A DNA stretch of 64,000 nt from Armatimonadota bacterium (GCA_037440005.1 JBBIUY010000004.1:23673-87672); one strand, 5' to 3'. Shown: positions 1 to 10,643, counted from the stretch's first letter. Translations and numbers: made by a program. Notes: generated from the sequence alone by a model not told the origin.

Positions 1-201
1 GACGATGTGGCCGTGTGCGTCCCGCCCGGCGATCACCTGGGCGCAGGGGCGGCCGAGGACCTCCGGGGCGGCGTAGCCCAGCAGGTCCTCGGCCGCGCGA
101 TTCCAGGCCACGATCACGTGGCCGGCGTCCACCGCGAAGGCCGGATCCCCGGTGCCGTCGACCAGTTCGGCGACATCGGTCACGATCACCGGGCGGGCCA
201 T
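1..201 (-). CDS. PAS-domain sensor protein, N-terminal part (gene runs off window start)
   Basis: Reverse-complement translation from ATG at 201..199 gives MARPVIVTDVAELVDGTGDPAFAVDAGHVIVAWNRAAEDLLGYAAPEVLGRPCAQVI..., a typical PAS core. The start lies 4 nt after the stop of the upstream cytochrome c gene. No stop codon occurs before the window edge. Confidence 0.5.
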   Translation of the reverse strand, partial: MARPVIVTDVAELVDGTGDPAFAVDAGHVIVAWNRAAEDLLGYAAPEVLGRPCAQVIAGRDAHGHIV

Positions 202-205
202 GGCG

Positions 206-547
206 TCACCGGGCCGGCTTGGAGGTCGGATCGCCCGGCAGGGTGCCGGCCCGGATCTCCGCGATGTTGGTGAAGCCGTCTTTGTCGGAGTCGAGTTTCT
301 CGATGGCCCGGAACGCCGCCTCCGCCCGGGTCGTCCCCTGCCGGGCCAGGTCGGCCCCGTAGGGGTTGACCTGTTTGGTGGGCGGCGTGGTGGTGTGGCA
401 GATCAGGCATCCGGCCTTGCCCAGGGCCGTGTCCTCCCGGGGCGAGTACAGGTTCCGGAAGGTGGTCAGGTCCGACGGCAGGGCCGCGGCCGTCGCGGTC
501 AGCAGGAGAAGTCCCGCTGCGACCGCCAGCGCGCTCGTGAGCCTCAT
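206..547 (-). CDS. Mono-heme c-type cytochrome (secreted)
   Basis: 113 aa. Signal peptide MRLTSALAVAAGLLLLTATAAA and a single CLICH (CXXCH) heme-binding motif. ATGA start/stop overlap with the upstream gene links it to the ccm operon. Confidence 0.8.
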   Translation of the reverse strand: MRLTSALAVAAGLLLLTATAAALPSDLTTFRNLYSPREDTALGKAGCLICHTTTPPTKQVNPYGADLARQGTTRAEAAFRAIEKLDSDKDGFTNIAEIRAGTLPGDPTSKPAR

Positions 548-1725
548 GGCGTCTCCTCCTCTCGGTGTGGTGTCCGGGGGTCCGCGACCGGCGCCGCCCC
601 GCCCCGGCGGGTCAGCTCCTCCACCAGCAGGGCGCGCCGGCGGCGGTAGTCCTCCGGCGGCACCTCTCCGGCCTCGTAGCGGTCGTCCAGGTCCGCCACC
701 AGCAGGATGAGGTCGTCTCGGGTCAGGAGGGGCTCCCGCCCGCCGGTGGGGAGGGCGGAGGAGCGGCGCCGCAGGAACGGGTAGACCAGGGCGCCGACCA
801 GGATGCCGACAAAGGCCGCCAGGACCAACCGGTGAGGAGCGCCGGCGGAGACGGGCAGGCCGGTCGCCGCGATGGCCACCTGCGCGCCCGGCTTCATCCC
901 CTCGCCCGAGAAGCGCAGGTACGCTCCCTCGTCGGTCTGCACCGGCGGCTGGGCGGCCAGGGGCGTGACCTCGAAGCGGGCCGCCGCGTGGCCAAAGACC
1001 TCGACCCGGTCGGTGGGCAGGTCCAGCGTCCGCAGGATCCGGGCGCTGCGACCCGAGGCCGGGACCAGGTAGCTGTAGCCGATCTGCCGCATCCCGGGCT
1101 TGACGTCCATGGTGTCCACCAGGACGCCGCCGGCCACCGAGGCGCAGCACTCCATCAGGCCCTCCAGGAACTGGACCCGGGTGGCTCCGGGCGGCAGGGT
1201 CAACCGCAGAGTCTCCCTCCTGCCGTCGGGACGCGGGGTGGTCCCGACGAACGTGCGGTCGGTGGTGTTGGTGACGACGAGCAGTTCCGCCACCTGCACG
1301 CCCCCGGCGGCGGGCTCGACGATGATGTGATGGACGTCCACCCGCAGCACCGCCGGGTCGGTGGTGGGCTCGTAGACCCGCAGGGTCACCTGTTTGCGGG
1401 TTTCGCCGGCGCGGAAGGCGAGGGGTTCGCTGTCGTAGTCCCCGCCCCGGTACTTGACGTTGACCACGTAGGTCCGGTCGGCCGCGGCGGGAACCGTGAA
1501 GGAGAACAGGCCGGCGGCGTCGGTGGTGGTCTGGAGGCCGTCCACCTGGGCGGTGCCGGCATAGGCGGTCAGCGTCACCGGCTGGCCGGCCACAGGCCGG
1601 CGACCGCCCGTGAGGTTGACCACGGTGCCGGTGATGGTTCCCACCGCCGGAGCCTGTTCGGCGGCCGCGGCGGCCGGCCAGGCTGCCCCGATCACCAAAA
1701 CGGCGACGATCGCCCAGATCCTCAC
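544..1725 (-). CDS. Secreted membrane-anchored protein with CarboxypepD_reg-like beta-sandwich domain (unknown function, in ccm operon)
   Basis: 393 aa. Signal peptide MRIWAIVAVLVIGAAWPAAAAA; motif TITGTVVNLTGG...TDAAGLFSF typical of the carboxypeptidase-regulatory fold. C-terminal TM helix LVLAAFVGILVGALVYPFL followed by a charged cytoplasmic tail. 4-nt overlaps with both neighbouring genes. Confidence 0.55.
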   Translation of the reverse strand: MRIWAIVAVLVIGAAWPAAAAAEQAPAVGTITGTVVNLTGGRRPVAGQPVTLTAYAGTAQVDGLQTTTDAAGLFSFTVPAAADRTYVVNVKYRGGDYDSEPLAFRAGETRKQVTLRVYEPTTDPAVLRVDVHHIIVEPAAGGVQVAELLVVTNTTDRTFVGTTPRPDGRRETLRLTLPPGATRVQFLEGLMECCASVAGGVLVDTMDVKPGMRQIGYSYLVPASGRSARILRTLDLPTDRVEVFGHAAARFEVTPLAAQPPVQTDEGAYLRFSGEGMKPGAQVAIAATGLPVSAGAPHRLVLAAFVGILVGALVYPFLRRRSSALPTGGREPLLTRDDLILLVADLDDRYEAGEVPPEDYRRRRALLVEELTRRGGAAPVADPRTPHREEETP

Positions 1726-2132
1726 GGCGCGCCTTCCTCCATCGCCGGACGGCCGCAGGACGGGCAGAACCGGGCTCCCGGCGGACGCCGCTGGCCGCAG
1801 GCCGGGCAGCGCCGCCTGGCCCTCGCCGCGCGGATTTCCTGCTCGAGGGCGGTCTCCGCCTCCGGCGCGGGGCGGGACCGCGGGTGCAGGGCTTCCACCG
1901 CCCGGGCCTCATAGCGGGCCCGCAGCCGCGCGTAGTCGTCCGGGGAGAGCTTGCCCGTGGCGAAGTCGAACTCCAGTTCGCGCAGGGCGCTGAAGGCGGC
2001 CGCCTTGGCCCGCGCCGCCTCCTGCGCGGGATCCGCGCGCTCGCGGGCCGCCGGGGCCGGGGGCCGCAGCAGCGGCCACAGGATCAGCCCGGCCACGGCG
2101 GCGACCAGCGCCAGCTCGGCCAGCAGGATCAT
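1722..2132 (-). CDS. Small membrane protein with C-terminal zinc-ribbon (unknown function, in ccm operon)
   Basis: 136 aa. N-terminal TM MILLAELALVAAVAGLILWPLL, a coiled-coil-like middle and a CPACG...CPSCG double CxxC motif. Start lies 4 nt after the ccmH stop and the gene overlaps the downstream gene by 4 nt. Confidence 0.5.
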   Translation of the reverse strand: MILLAELALVAAVAGLILWPLLRPPAPAARERADPAQEAARAKAAAFSALRELEFDFATGKLSPDDYARLRARYEARAVEALHPRSRPAPEAETALEQEIRAARARRRCPACGQRRPPGARFCPSCGRPAMEEGAP

Positions 2133-2136
2133 GCCC

Positions 2137-2582
2137 TCAGTCCTCCCACTGCTCCAGTTCGCGCTCCAGCCACGCCCGTTGCCCGGGCGTCAGGGCGGGC
2201 GGGAGATCGGCGGAGGGCCGCTCGGACCGCCGCGACCACAGCGCGGCCAGGGCCGTCACCGCCGCGGCGCCGGCGACCAGGGCTGCGTAGGGCCCCCACC
2301 AGGCCACCAGGTTGAACCCCCGGCGCGGGGGAGCGGACAGCACCGCCTCCCCGTACGCGTCCACCAGGGCCGCCCGGATCTCGGCGTCGGTCCGGCCCTC
2401 GTTTTGCAGGCGGCCGATGGCGGCCAGCATCCGGTCCCGCGGTCCGCAGACGGGGTGGGTGCAGGTGGCCAGGGTGAGCCCGCACCCGCACTGACAGATG
2501 AACTGGTCGGCCAGGCCGCCGCCCGCGCGGGCGCCCGCGGGCAGCACCAGAAGCCCCAGCAGTGCCGCCAGCACCGCCGCCC

Positions 2583-2586
<4 letters not shown>
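2137..2586 (-). CDS. ccmH: Cytochrome c-type biogenesis protein CcmH/CycL-like
   Basis: 149 aa. Signal peptide, Cys cluster FICQCGCGLTLATCTHPVCG in the periplasmic domain, C-terminal TM segment. ATGA overlap with ccmF. Position immediately after ccmF is typical for ccmH. Confidence 0.6.
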
Positions 2587-4556
<1,970 letters not shown>

Positions 4557-4567
4557 GGGGATCCTCC

Positions 4568-4966
4568 TCAGCCTCCCGGCGCGGCCGCTTCAAACTTGGA
4601 CGGGCACTTGGCGAACAGCCGCTCGGCCACAAAGCGGGCGCCGTCGAAGCGACCCTCCACCACCACCTCCGCGCCGGGCTTGAAGGTGTCGGGCACCACC
4701 CCGCGGTAGGCGACCGCCACCTGCCGGGCGCCGTCGGTGACCCGGAACTCCAGCCGGCCGGCCGCCGGGTCCCAGGTCACGCTGCCCGGGGCCACGGTGC
4801 CGCCCAGGCGGATGGCGGCGCCGCCGATGGTCCCGGCGCGGTCCAGCAGCTCGCCCACGGTCATGTAGTAGGCCATGCTGCTGCGGGCTCCGGTGAAGGC
4901 GAGGTAGCCCCCCGCCGCCACGAAGACCGCCACAGCCAGCACAAACCTGCGGGTGGCGCGCCTCAT
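4568..4966 (-). CDS. ccmE: Heme chaperone CcmE, variant with Cys in place of the heme-binding His
   Basis: 132 aa. N-terminal TM anchor and OB-fold region (TVAPGSVTWDPAAGRLEFRVTDG...VVVEGRF). C-terminal motif LFAKCPSKFE aligns to canonical LAKHDENY. Start chosen at MRRATRRF (ATG 4966..4964), an ATGA overlap with ccmD. Confidence 0.8.
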   Translation of the reverse strand: MRRATRRFVLAVAVFVAAGGYLAFTGARSSMAYYMTVGELLDRAGTIGGAAIRLGGTVAPGSVTWDPAAGRLEFRVTDGARQVAVAYRGVVPDTFKPGAEVVVEGRFDGARFVAERLFAKCPSKFEAAAPGG

Positions 4967-5094
4967 CGCCGGTCCTCCTCTCCCGGCAGCCGCGCCTGCA
5001 GCGCCCGGCCCAGCCGGTGCAGGTACAGCACGTAGGCGAACAGACCACCCCACACGATGGCGTATCCCGCAAACATCGCCTCCAGGGGCGTCAT
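4963..5094 (-). CDS. ccmD: Heme exporter protein CcmD (small membrane protein)
   Basis: 43 aa, MTPLEAMFAGYAIVWGGLFAYVLYLHRLGRALQ..., a single TM helix. ATGA overlaps with both ccmC upstream and ccmE downstream. Confidence 0.55.
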   Translation of the reverse strand: MTPLEAMFAGYAIVWGGLFAYVLYLHRLGRALQARLPGEEDRR

Positions 5095-5840
5095 CCTGCC
5101 ACCTCCCCGGCTCCGGCGCGCACCCCCGACCGGCCCGCCCGCGCGGTCAGCCGGTCGGCCACCACCATCTGCTCCCGGCGCAGGCTGACCAGGATCACGT
5201 AGAGGATCGTGAAGGCGACCACGTTCACCACCAGGGCGTGGAGCATAGCCGGGTGCAGTCCCGATCCTACGCCCTCCGCCCCCACCACCACCGGCAGCGG
5301 GTGCAGCGACCGCCACCACAGCACCGAGAGGTAGATGAGGGGGATGTCCAGGAAGCCCACAATGCCCAGGACGGCGGCGAAGCGGGACGGCTGGGTCCCC
5401 GTCCCCCCATAGGCCCGCACCATCAGCGACGCCACGTAGATGAACCACAGCAGGAAGGTGGTGGTCAGGCGCGGATCCCAGCTCCACCACGTCCCCCAGG
5501 CGTACCGGCCCCACACCGACCCGCTGGCGATGGCCAGGGTGGTGAACACCACGCCCACCTCGGTGCTGGCGTGGGCGGTCAGGTCCCAGGCGCGCCGGCG
5601 GGTCCCCAGGTAGCCCACGCTGGCCGCGCAGACGACGGCAAAGGCCAGAAAGCCCACCCACGCCGCGGGAACGTGCACGTAGAAGATCCGCTGGGCCGCC
5701 CCCATGGTGCGTTCCTCGGGAGCGTACAGCAGGGCCATGTACAGGCCCGCCAGGAGCAGCGCGCTTCCCGCGGCGATCGCCGCCGCGCGCCAGTCCGCCC
5801 GGGCGGGCCTGGCCAACTCTCGGTGGCTGTCCGGCGGCAT
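5091..5840 (-). CDS. ccmC: Heme exporter protein CcmC
   Basis: 249 aa with the Trp-rich WWD motif AWGTWWSWDPRLTTT and 6 TM helices. Confidence 0.9.
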   Translation of the reverse strand: MPPDSHRELARPARADWRAAAIAAGSALLLAGLYMALLYAPEERTMGAAQRIFYVHVPAAWVGFLAFAVVCAASVGYLGTRRRAWDLTAHASTEVGVVFTTLAIASGSVWGRYAWGTWWSWDPRLTTTFLLWFIYVASLMVRAYGGTGTQPSRFAAVLGIVGFLDIPLIYLSVLWWRSLHPLPVVVGAEGVGSGLHPAMLHALVVNVVAFTILYVILVSLRREQMVVADRLTARAGRSGVRAGAGEVAG

Positions 5841-5841
5841 C

Positions 5842-6519
5842 TCACTCCTCCAGCACGTATTCGAACACCACAGACCCCACGACGGCGATCACCACGTCGA
5901 AGGCCGCCAGGATGCGGAGTCCCGGCAGGATGGCCGCCAGCGGGCGTCCGGCCAGGAGTTGGGCGGTGGCGCCGGCGGCGCTGAGGAGCACCGGGGCCGC
6001 CACGGGCAGCAGCAGAACGGGCAGCAGCACTTCCCGCATGCGCGTGTGCACCGACATGGCCGAGAACAGCGTGCCGGATGCGACCAACCCCGCGCTGCCC
6101 AGGACCAGCACCACCGCCAGGGGCCCGGCGGCCCGCCCCGGGGACACGCCGCCCAAGACGGCCAGGGCCGGGACCACCAGCGCCTCCACCGCCAGCAGGA
6201 CCAGCAGGGTGCTGGCGGCCTTGGCCACGTAGATCAGGGCCGGGTCGAACGGGAACAGGCGCAGGGCCTCCAGGCACCGCTCCTCCCGTTCCAGCGCGAA
6301 GGTCCGGGACAGCCCCAGGAGGCTGGCGAAGATCAGGGTCACCCACAGCATCCCCGGCGCCACCGCGGCGGCCTGGCCGGGGGCGGGAGAAAAGGCGAAC
6401 GTGAAGACCACGGTGACCAGCAGCGCAAACACCCCCATCGCCGACAGCATCTCCCGGGTCCGCAGTTCCAGGACCAGGTCCTTGCCCACCAGCAGCCCCA
6501 CGGCCCGCAGGGCGCTCAT
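5842..6519 (-). CDS. ccmB: Heme exporter ABC permease CcmB
   Basis: 225 aa polytopic membrane protein. Start at MSALRAVG (ATG 6519..6517) overlaps the ccmA stop in an ATGA arrangement. Confidence 0.8.
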   Translation of the reverse strand: MSALRAVGLLVGKDLVLELRTREMLSAMGVFALLVTVVFTFAFSPAPGQAAAVAPGMLWVTLIFASLLGLSRTFALEREERCLEALRLFPFDPALIYVAKAASTLLVLLAVEALVVPALAVLGGVSPGRAAGPLAVVLVLGSAGLVASGTLFSAMSVHTRMREVLLPVLLLPVAAPVLLSAAGATAQLLAGRPLAAILPGLRILAAFDVVIAVVGSVVFEYVLEE

Positions 6520-7259
6520 CGGTGGGCCCCCACCAGATCGGCGTACAGCCGCTCGGCGGCGCCCGGGTCGGGGAACCCGTTGAGCCCCTGGTAGGCCACC
6601 GCGCCGTCCACCAGGATCACCACCCGGTCGGCCAGGGCCAGGCCCTGCTCGATGCTGTGGGTGGTCAGGACCAGCGTGCGGCTTCCCCGCATCCGTCCCA
6701 GCAGGGCGGTCAGCAAGGCGGCGGCCGAGCGGTCCAGGCCCACGAAGGGCTCGTCCAGCAGCAGCAGGGGCGGGTCGTGCACCAGCGCCCGGGCGATGCT
6801 CAGCCGCCTGACCATGCCGTGGCTGAAGGTGCGGACCAGATCGTGGCGGCGCTCCCACAACCCCACCGCCTCCAGCAGCACCTCGGCCCGCCTGTCCGGC
6901 GTGTCCACCCCAAAGCCGCGCGCGGCGAAGACCAGGTTTTCCATCGCCGTCAGCCCCGCGTACAGGTAGCTGTGGTGGGAGACGACGCCGAGGCGCCGGC
7001 GCAGGGACGGGTCCTGCCAGGGATCCCGGCCAAACAGGCGCACCCGGCCGGCGGTGGGGCGCATGAGGGCGGCCAGGATCTTCACCAGGGTGGTCTTGCC
7101 GGCGCCGTTGGGGCCGAAGATCACCACCGCCTCGCCGTCGGGGACGTCGACGGTCACCCCCCGCAGCGCCTGCACGGGGCCAAAGGCCTTGACGAGATCA
7201 CGGGTCTGGATGGCGTGCACGCGCGCCCGCCGCCGTACGTTTCCTCTGTGCGCTTCCAC
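6516..7259 (-). CDS. ccmA: Heme exporter ABC ATPase CcmA
   Basis: Walker A GPNGAGKTT, ABC signature FSHGMVRRLSIA and Walker B LLLLDEP. The start may instead be the internal GTG at 7211 (VHAIQTRDL). Confidence 0.85.
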   Translation of the reverse strand: MEAHRGNVRRRARVHAIQTRDLVKAFGPVQALRGVTVDVPDGEAVVIFGPNGAGKTTLVKILAALMRPTAGRVRLFGRDPWQDPSLRRRLGVVSHHSYLYAGLTAMENLVFAARGFGVDTPDRRAEVLLEAVGLWERRHDLVRTFSHGMVRRLSIARALVHDPPLLLLDEPFVGLDRSAAALLTALLGRMRGSRTLVLTTHSIEQGLALADRVVILVDGAVAYQGLNGFPDPGAAERLYADLVGAHR

Positions 7260-7377
7260 CGCCTACGGTAGGGATCGGCAGCGGGGCGGGGTATCCGGCA
7301 CCTGCCCGATTTCCCGTCGCGGCGGGAACCGACGCCCGTTCCCGACCCACGGCCCGGGCATCCATCGGCGGACCGAG

Positions 7378-7405
7378 CCGGAATCGGGCCCCAGACCGAT
7401 TCCGG
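7378..7405. promoter_or_regulatory. Perfect 10-bp inverted repeat (CCGGAATCGG-N8-CCGATTCCGG) in the divergent ccmA / MopB-remnant intergenic region
   Basis: Exact dyad symmetry read directly from the sequence. It sits between two divergently oriented loci, so it is a candidate operator or hairpin. Confidence 0.4.
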
Positions 7406-7450
7406 GCCTGCCCGTTCGGGCCATAGGGTAGGGGGCGAAATGACGACGCC

Positions 7451-9143
7451 GTGGACCGTGTTCGGGGTGTTCCCGTGCGCATCCGTCGGCGCACCTTCCT
7501 GACCCCCTCCGCGGCCGCGGCGGGCGCGGTGGCCGGCGCCCACCTGGTTCCGCGCCGGCTCACCGCCTTGCTGGCCCGGTCGTCCGGAGCGCCGGCGGGA
7601 CAACCGGCGGACGAGTGGGTTCCCACCACCTGCTGGATCGGCAAGCAGGACTGCGGGATCCTGGCCCGGCGGATCAACGGCCGCGTGGTCGAACTGGAGG
7701 GGCACCCCGGGAACCCGCTCAACCGCGGCACCCTCTGCCCCAAGGGCGTGGCCCAGATCATCGCGCTGTACGACCCTCACCGGGTGAAGGCGCCGCTGAT
7801 CCGGACCAACGAGAAAGGCGTGCCGGGGACATGGCGCCAGGCCTCCTGGGACGAGGCCCTGGACCTGGTGGCCCGGCGGATCCGGGAGGCGCGGGCGAAG
7901 GACCCCCGGCTGGTGGTCTGGCAGAAGGGCCGCAGCAAGGCCAAGGCCTTCTACGATGAGGCGTTCGTCAAGGCCTCGGGCGCCACGAAGCTGCACCACG
8001 GCGCGTTCTGCTCCGACGCCGGCTACCGTGCCAGCGAGTACACCGTGGGGATCTCCTGCGTTCTGCACCCCGACTTCCGCCACACCCGCTACCTGCTGGC
8101 GTGGGGGTGGAACGGCACCAACGCGGGCGGGAACATGTTGTGCTGGATCACCTGGCCCCAGCAGATGGCCGCCGCCCGGGAGCGGGGCATGAAGATCGTG
8201 GTCATCGACCCGCGCCTGCGGGGGATGGGGCCGTTCGCCGACGAGTGGCTGCCCATCCGCCCCGGCACCGACCTGGCGCTGGCCCTCGCCCTGTCTCACG
8301 AACTCCTGCGCCAGGGCGCCGTGGACCGGGAGTACTTGGCCCGCCACACCAACGCCCCCTTTCTGGTGGGGCCCGACGGATTCTTCGTGCGCCTCGGCGG
8401 GCAGGAGCAGATCTGGGACCGCCGCAGCGGCCGGCCCCGCCCCGCCGACGCCCCCGACGCCGACCCGGCCCTGGAGGGCGAGTACATCGTCGGGGGGAGG
8501 TTCGGGCGCGGCCGGTGTTCGCGGTGTTCGCCGAGCACGTGGCCCGCTACAGCCCCGAGTGGGCTGCCGGGGTCTGCGGCGTCCCGGCGGAGGCCATCCG
8601 GCGGGTGGCCCGGGAGCTGGGAGAAGAGGCCCGCATCGGCAGCACCATCGTCCTGGACGGGGTGACCCTGCCGTACCGTCCCGTGGCCATCATGGCCTAC
8701 CACATGGCCCAGCAGGAGCTGGGGTTCCAGGCGGTGCGGGCCATGATCACCGTGATGATGCTGCTGGGAGCGGTCGGGGCCGTGGGCGGGCAGCGGTTCG
8801 ACGTGGGCGGGTGGACGATTCACGAGAACTTTCACCTGCTCCTGGCCTTTTACCTGTTGCTGCGCCAGTTCCTCGCCGGGCGCAGCCGCATCGCGGTGCC
8901 CGTGGCGGCCGGGGTCCTGGTGAACGTCGCCGCGGTGGGCAAACGCATCCTGATCGTGGTTCCCTCCCAGACCCACGGGGCGATGCTGCCCTATCCGCCC
9001 GGGTGTACGCCCCCACCTGGGTGGAGTACAGTAGCGTGGGAGGGCTGGTGGCTCTGGGCACGCTGCTGTACGTCCTGTTCGCCAAGGTGTTTCCCCTCAT
9101 CGACCTGCCGGAAGACGTGTCGGAGGGAGCTCGACGACGGTGA
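7451..9143 (+). pseudogene. Decayed molybdopterin-oxidoreductase-like (MopB/ActB1-like) gene fused by internal deletion to the 3' end of an NrfD/ActC-like gene, with homopolymer frameshifts
   Basis: Frame 2 (7451 to ~8505) carries TAT motif RRRTFLT and an N-terminal CWIGKQDCG...LCPKG domain. A -1 shift in a GGGGGG run (~8505) moves into frame 1 with MopB motifs YSPEWAAGVCGVPAEAIRRVARELGE and LLGAVGAVGG. That frame runs directly into NrfD-type C-terminal helices: IAVPVAAGVLVNVAAVGKRILIVVP matches the intact paralogue's ATAASVLVNVGAWWKRYVIIVP. A second shift in a CCCGGG run (~8990) moves into frame 0, where YAPTWVEYSS...LFAKVFPLIDLPE matches the intact gene's C-terminus YTPTWVEWSI...LFSKLFPIVSLWE. 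No intact ORF encodes either protein. Confidence 0.6.
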
Positions 9144-9376
9144 GGACGCTCATCACCCGGACGCTGGTGGTGGTGGGCCTGGCCACGGCCACGGTGAGTT
9201 TCGCCCTGGCCCTGCCGCTGCGTCTGCCGGGCGCGGCGGCGGGGATCCCGGCGGTGGCGCGCCCGATCCCGTACCTGCCGGCGGCGTTCATCGCGGGGCT
9301 CATGCTGGTGTTCCTGGCGGCGGTGGCCTACGAACTGCTAACCGACCGCGACACCACCGAGCCGTGGCGGCCGTAG
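9140..9376 (+). CDS. Small 2-TM membrane protein; truncated paralogue of the 173-aa subunit encoded at 28088..28609
   Basis: 78 aa with a GTG start in a GTGA overlap with the preceding remnant. Its signal-like N-terminus and C-terminal segment PIPYLPAAFIAGLMLVFLAAVAYELL resemble MRWPGSAALLAALALTASAA... and PYPVPPLALLGVLVGAIWATYGYIVFLL of the 28088 product. The periplasmic domain between them is missing. Confidence 0.4.
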   Translation: MRTLITRTLVVVGLATATVSFALALPLRLPGAAAGIPAVARPIPYLPAAFIAGLMLVFLAAVAYELLTDRDTTEPWRP

Positions 9377-9386
9377 GGAGGACCCC

Positions 9387-10024
9387 ATGGGCCTGCGGGG
9401 TGTGGCCTGCGCGCGGGCCGAGGCGTACCAGGCGCTGGCGCAGGTCCTCCACTACCCCGACGGCGGGCGTCTGACCACCTTCCCCCGCACGGCCGCGCGC
9501 CTGCGGCGGCGGATCGATGCCCTCGCGGGCCTGGCGCAGTTCGATCCCGCCCGGCGCCTGGTGAGCCTGCTGGAGGCTGTGGCCCGGCAGGACCCCCGGA
9601 CCGTCCAGGCGACGTACGTCCGGGTGTTCGGGGTGGACGGAGCGGGCGGACGGCCCCCTGCGAGTCGTACTACCGGTCGCGCTCTCCCGCCGACGTTCCC
9701 CTGTTGATGGCCGCCCTGGAGCGCGTCTACGCCGCCGCCGGGCTGGCGGTCGATGCCGCAGGGGGTCTGCCGCCGGACCACCTCGTCGTCCAGATGGAGT
9801 TCATGGCCGTGCTGTGCGCCCGGGAGGGGGCGGCGTGGCGATCACCCCGCGGGGCGGCGGACGAGCTCGTCGCAGAGCAGCGGTTTCTCCGCTCCCACTG
9901 GCTGTCTGGCTGCCGGCGCTGGGCTCGGACGTCGCCCGGTGGGACCCGGTGGGCGCGTATGCCGGGATCGTCGGGTGTGCGGCCGACCTGGTGCGGCACG
10001 ACCTGGCGTTCCTCGCCGCCCTGA
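9387..10024 (+). pseudogene. TorD/DmsD-family redox-enzyme maturation chaperone, frameshifted
   Basis: Frame 0 (9387 to ~9650) shifts at a CCCCC run (~9655) into frame 2, where PCESYY...PPDHLVVQMEFMAVL carries the TorD-family hallmark motifs. The C-terminal part (WLPALGSDVARWDPVGAYAGIVGCAADLVRHDLAFLAALMRAS) lies in yet another frame near 9900. No ORF longer than 107 aa covers the family. Confidence 0.5.
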
Positions 10025-10072
10025 TGCGCGCCAGCGGCGCCGGTGTGCCGGCGGGGGAGGCCCTCCGGCCAT

Positions 10073-10643
10073 GAGCGGGCCCGGCGCCGACCGTCCGGCC
10101 GTCGGGGTCTTTTTGTGCGAGCACCTGGAGGCTCGCTGGGGCCTGCCGGTCTCGCAGGTGCAGCGGTGGGCGGCCGGCACGCCGGCCCTCACCCTCCGCG
10201 TGGTCAGGGGGGTGTGTGAGTCGCCGCGGGCGCTGCAGGAGCCCCTGGCCCGGAGCGGTGTGTCCCGGGCGGTGCTGGGGCTGTGCCGCCGGCCCGCCTC
10301 CCGGGCGGACCTGCAGGCCGCGGTCCGCCGGGCCGGGCTAGATCCCGCCGGCGTGGAGGTGGTGGACCTGGGCACCTACGCCGCGCGGGCCCACCGTCCT
10401 CCCGACGCGGGCCGCAAGGCCGTCATCCTGCTGGCCGGCGCCGTCGCGCGGGCCCGGGCGTTCGTCGGCAGCCTCCCCCACCATCACGTGCCGGTCTTCC
10501 CCCGGACCGTCAGCCGGAGGTCTTTACTGACCCTGTCGGCGCTGGAATACCGGTCGGCTCTCCCCAAGATCGAGGTCCGCCGGACCGGCGCGGTCTCCGA
10601 CCGCCCCCCCGGCGGGGCCGGTGGTGGCCCGGGTGAGCGATGA
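10073..10643 (+). CDS. Hypothetical protein with a degenerate MvhD/FlpD-like domain in which most Cys ligands are lost
   Basis: 190 aa. Segments VGVFLCEH, TLRVVRGVCESP, GVSRAVLGLCRRPAS and GLDPAGVEVVDLG align with the MvhD motifs vaFcCnwC, vRiiRVmCsGRv, GADGVLVsGChpGDC and GIDPeRvrv. Only 3 Cys are retained. Confidence 0.35.

Noticed and set aside
7-362. Plus-strand ORFs 7-273 and 15-362 at the window start
   Set aside because: R/P/G-rich translations. The minus strand encodes a clean PAS core and the cytochrome c gene in the same region.
8480-9700. Frameshifts as pure sequencing or assembly errors
   Set aside because: This cannot be excluded for the individual homopolymer indels. However, the MopB-to-NrfD internal deletion and the loss of the periplasmic domain in the 78-aa ORF cannot be explained by indel errors, and other genes in the window are intact.
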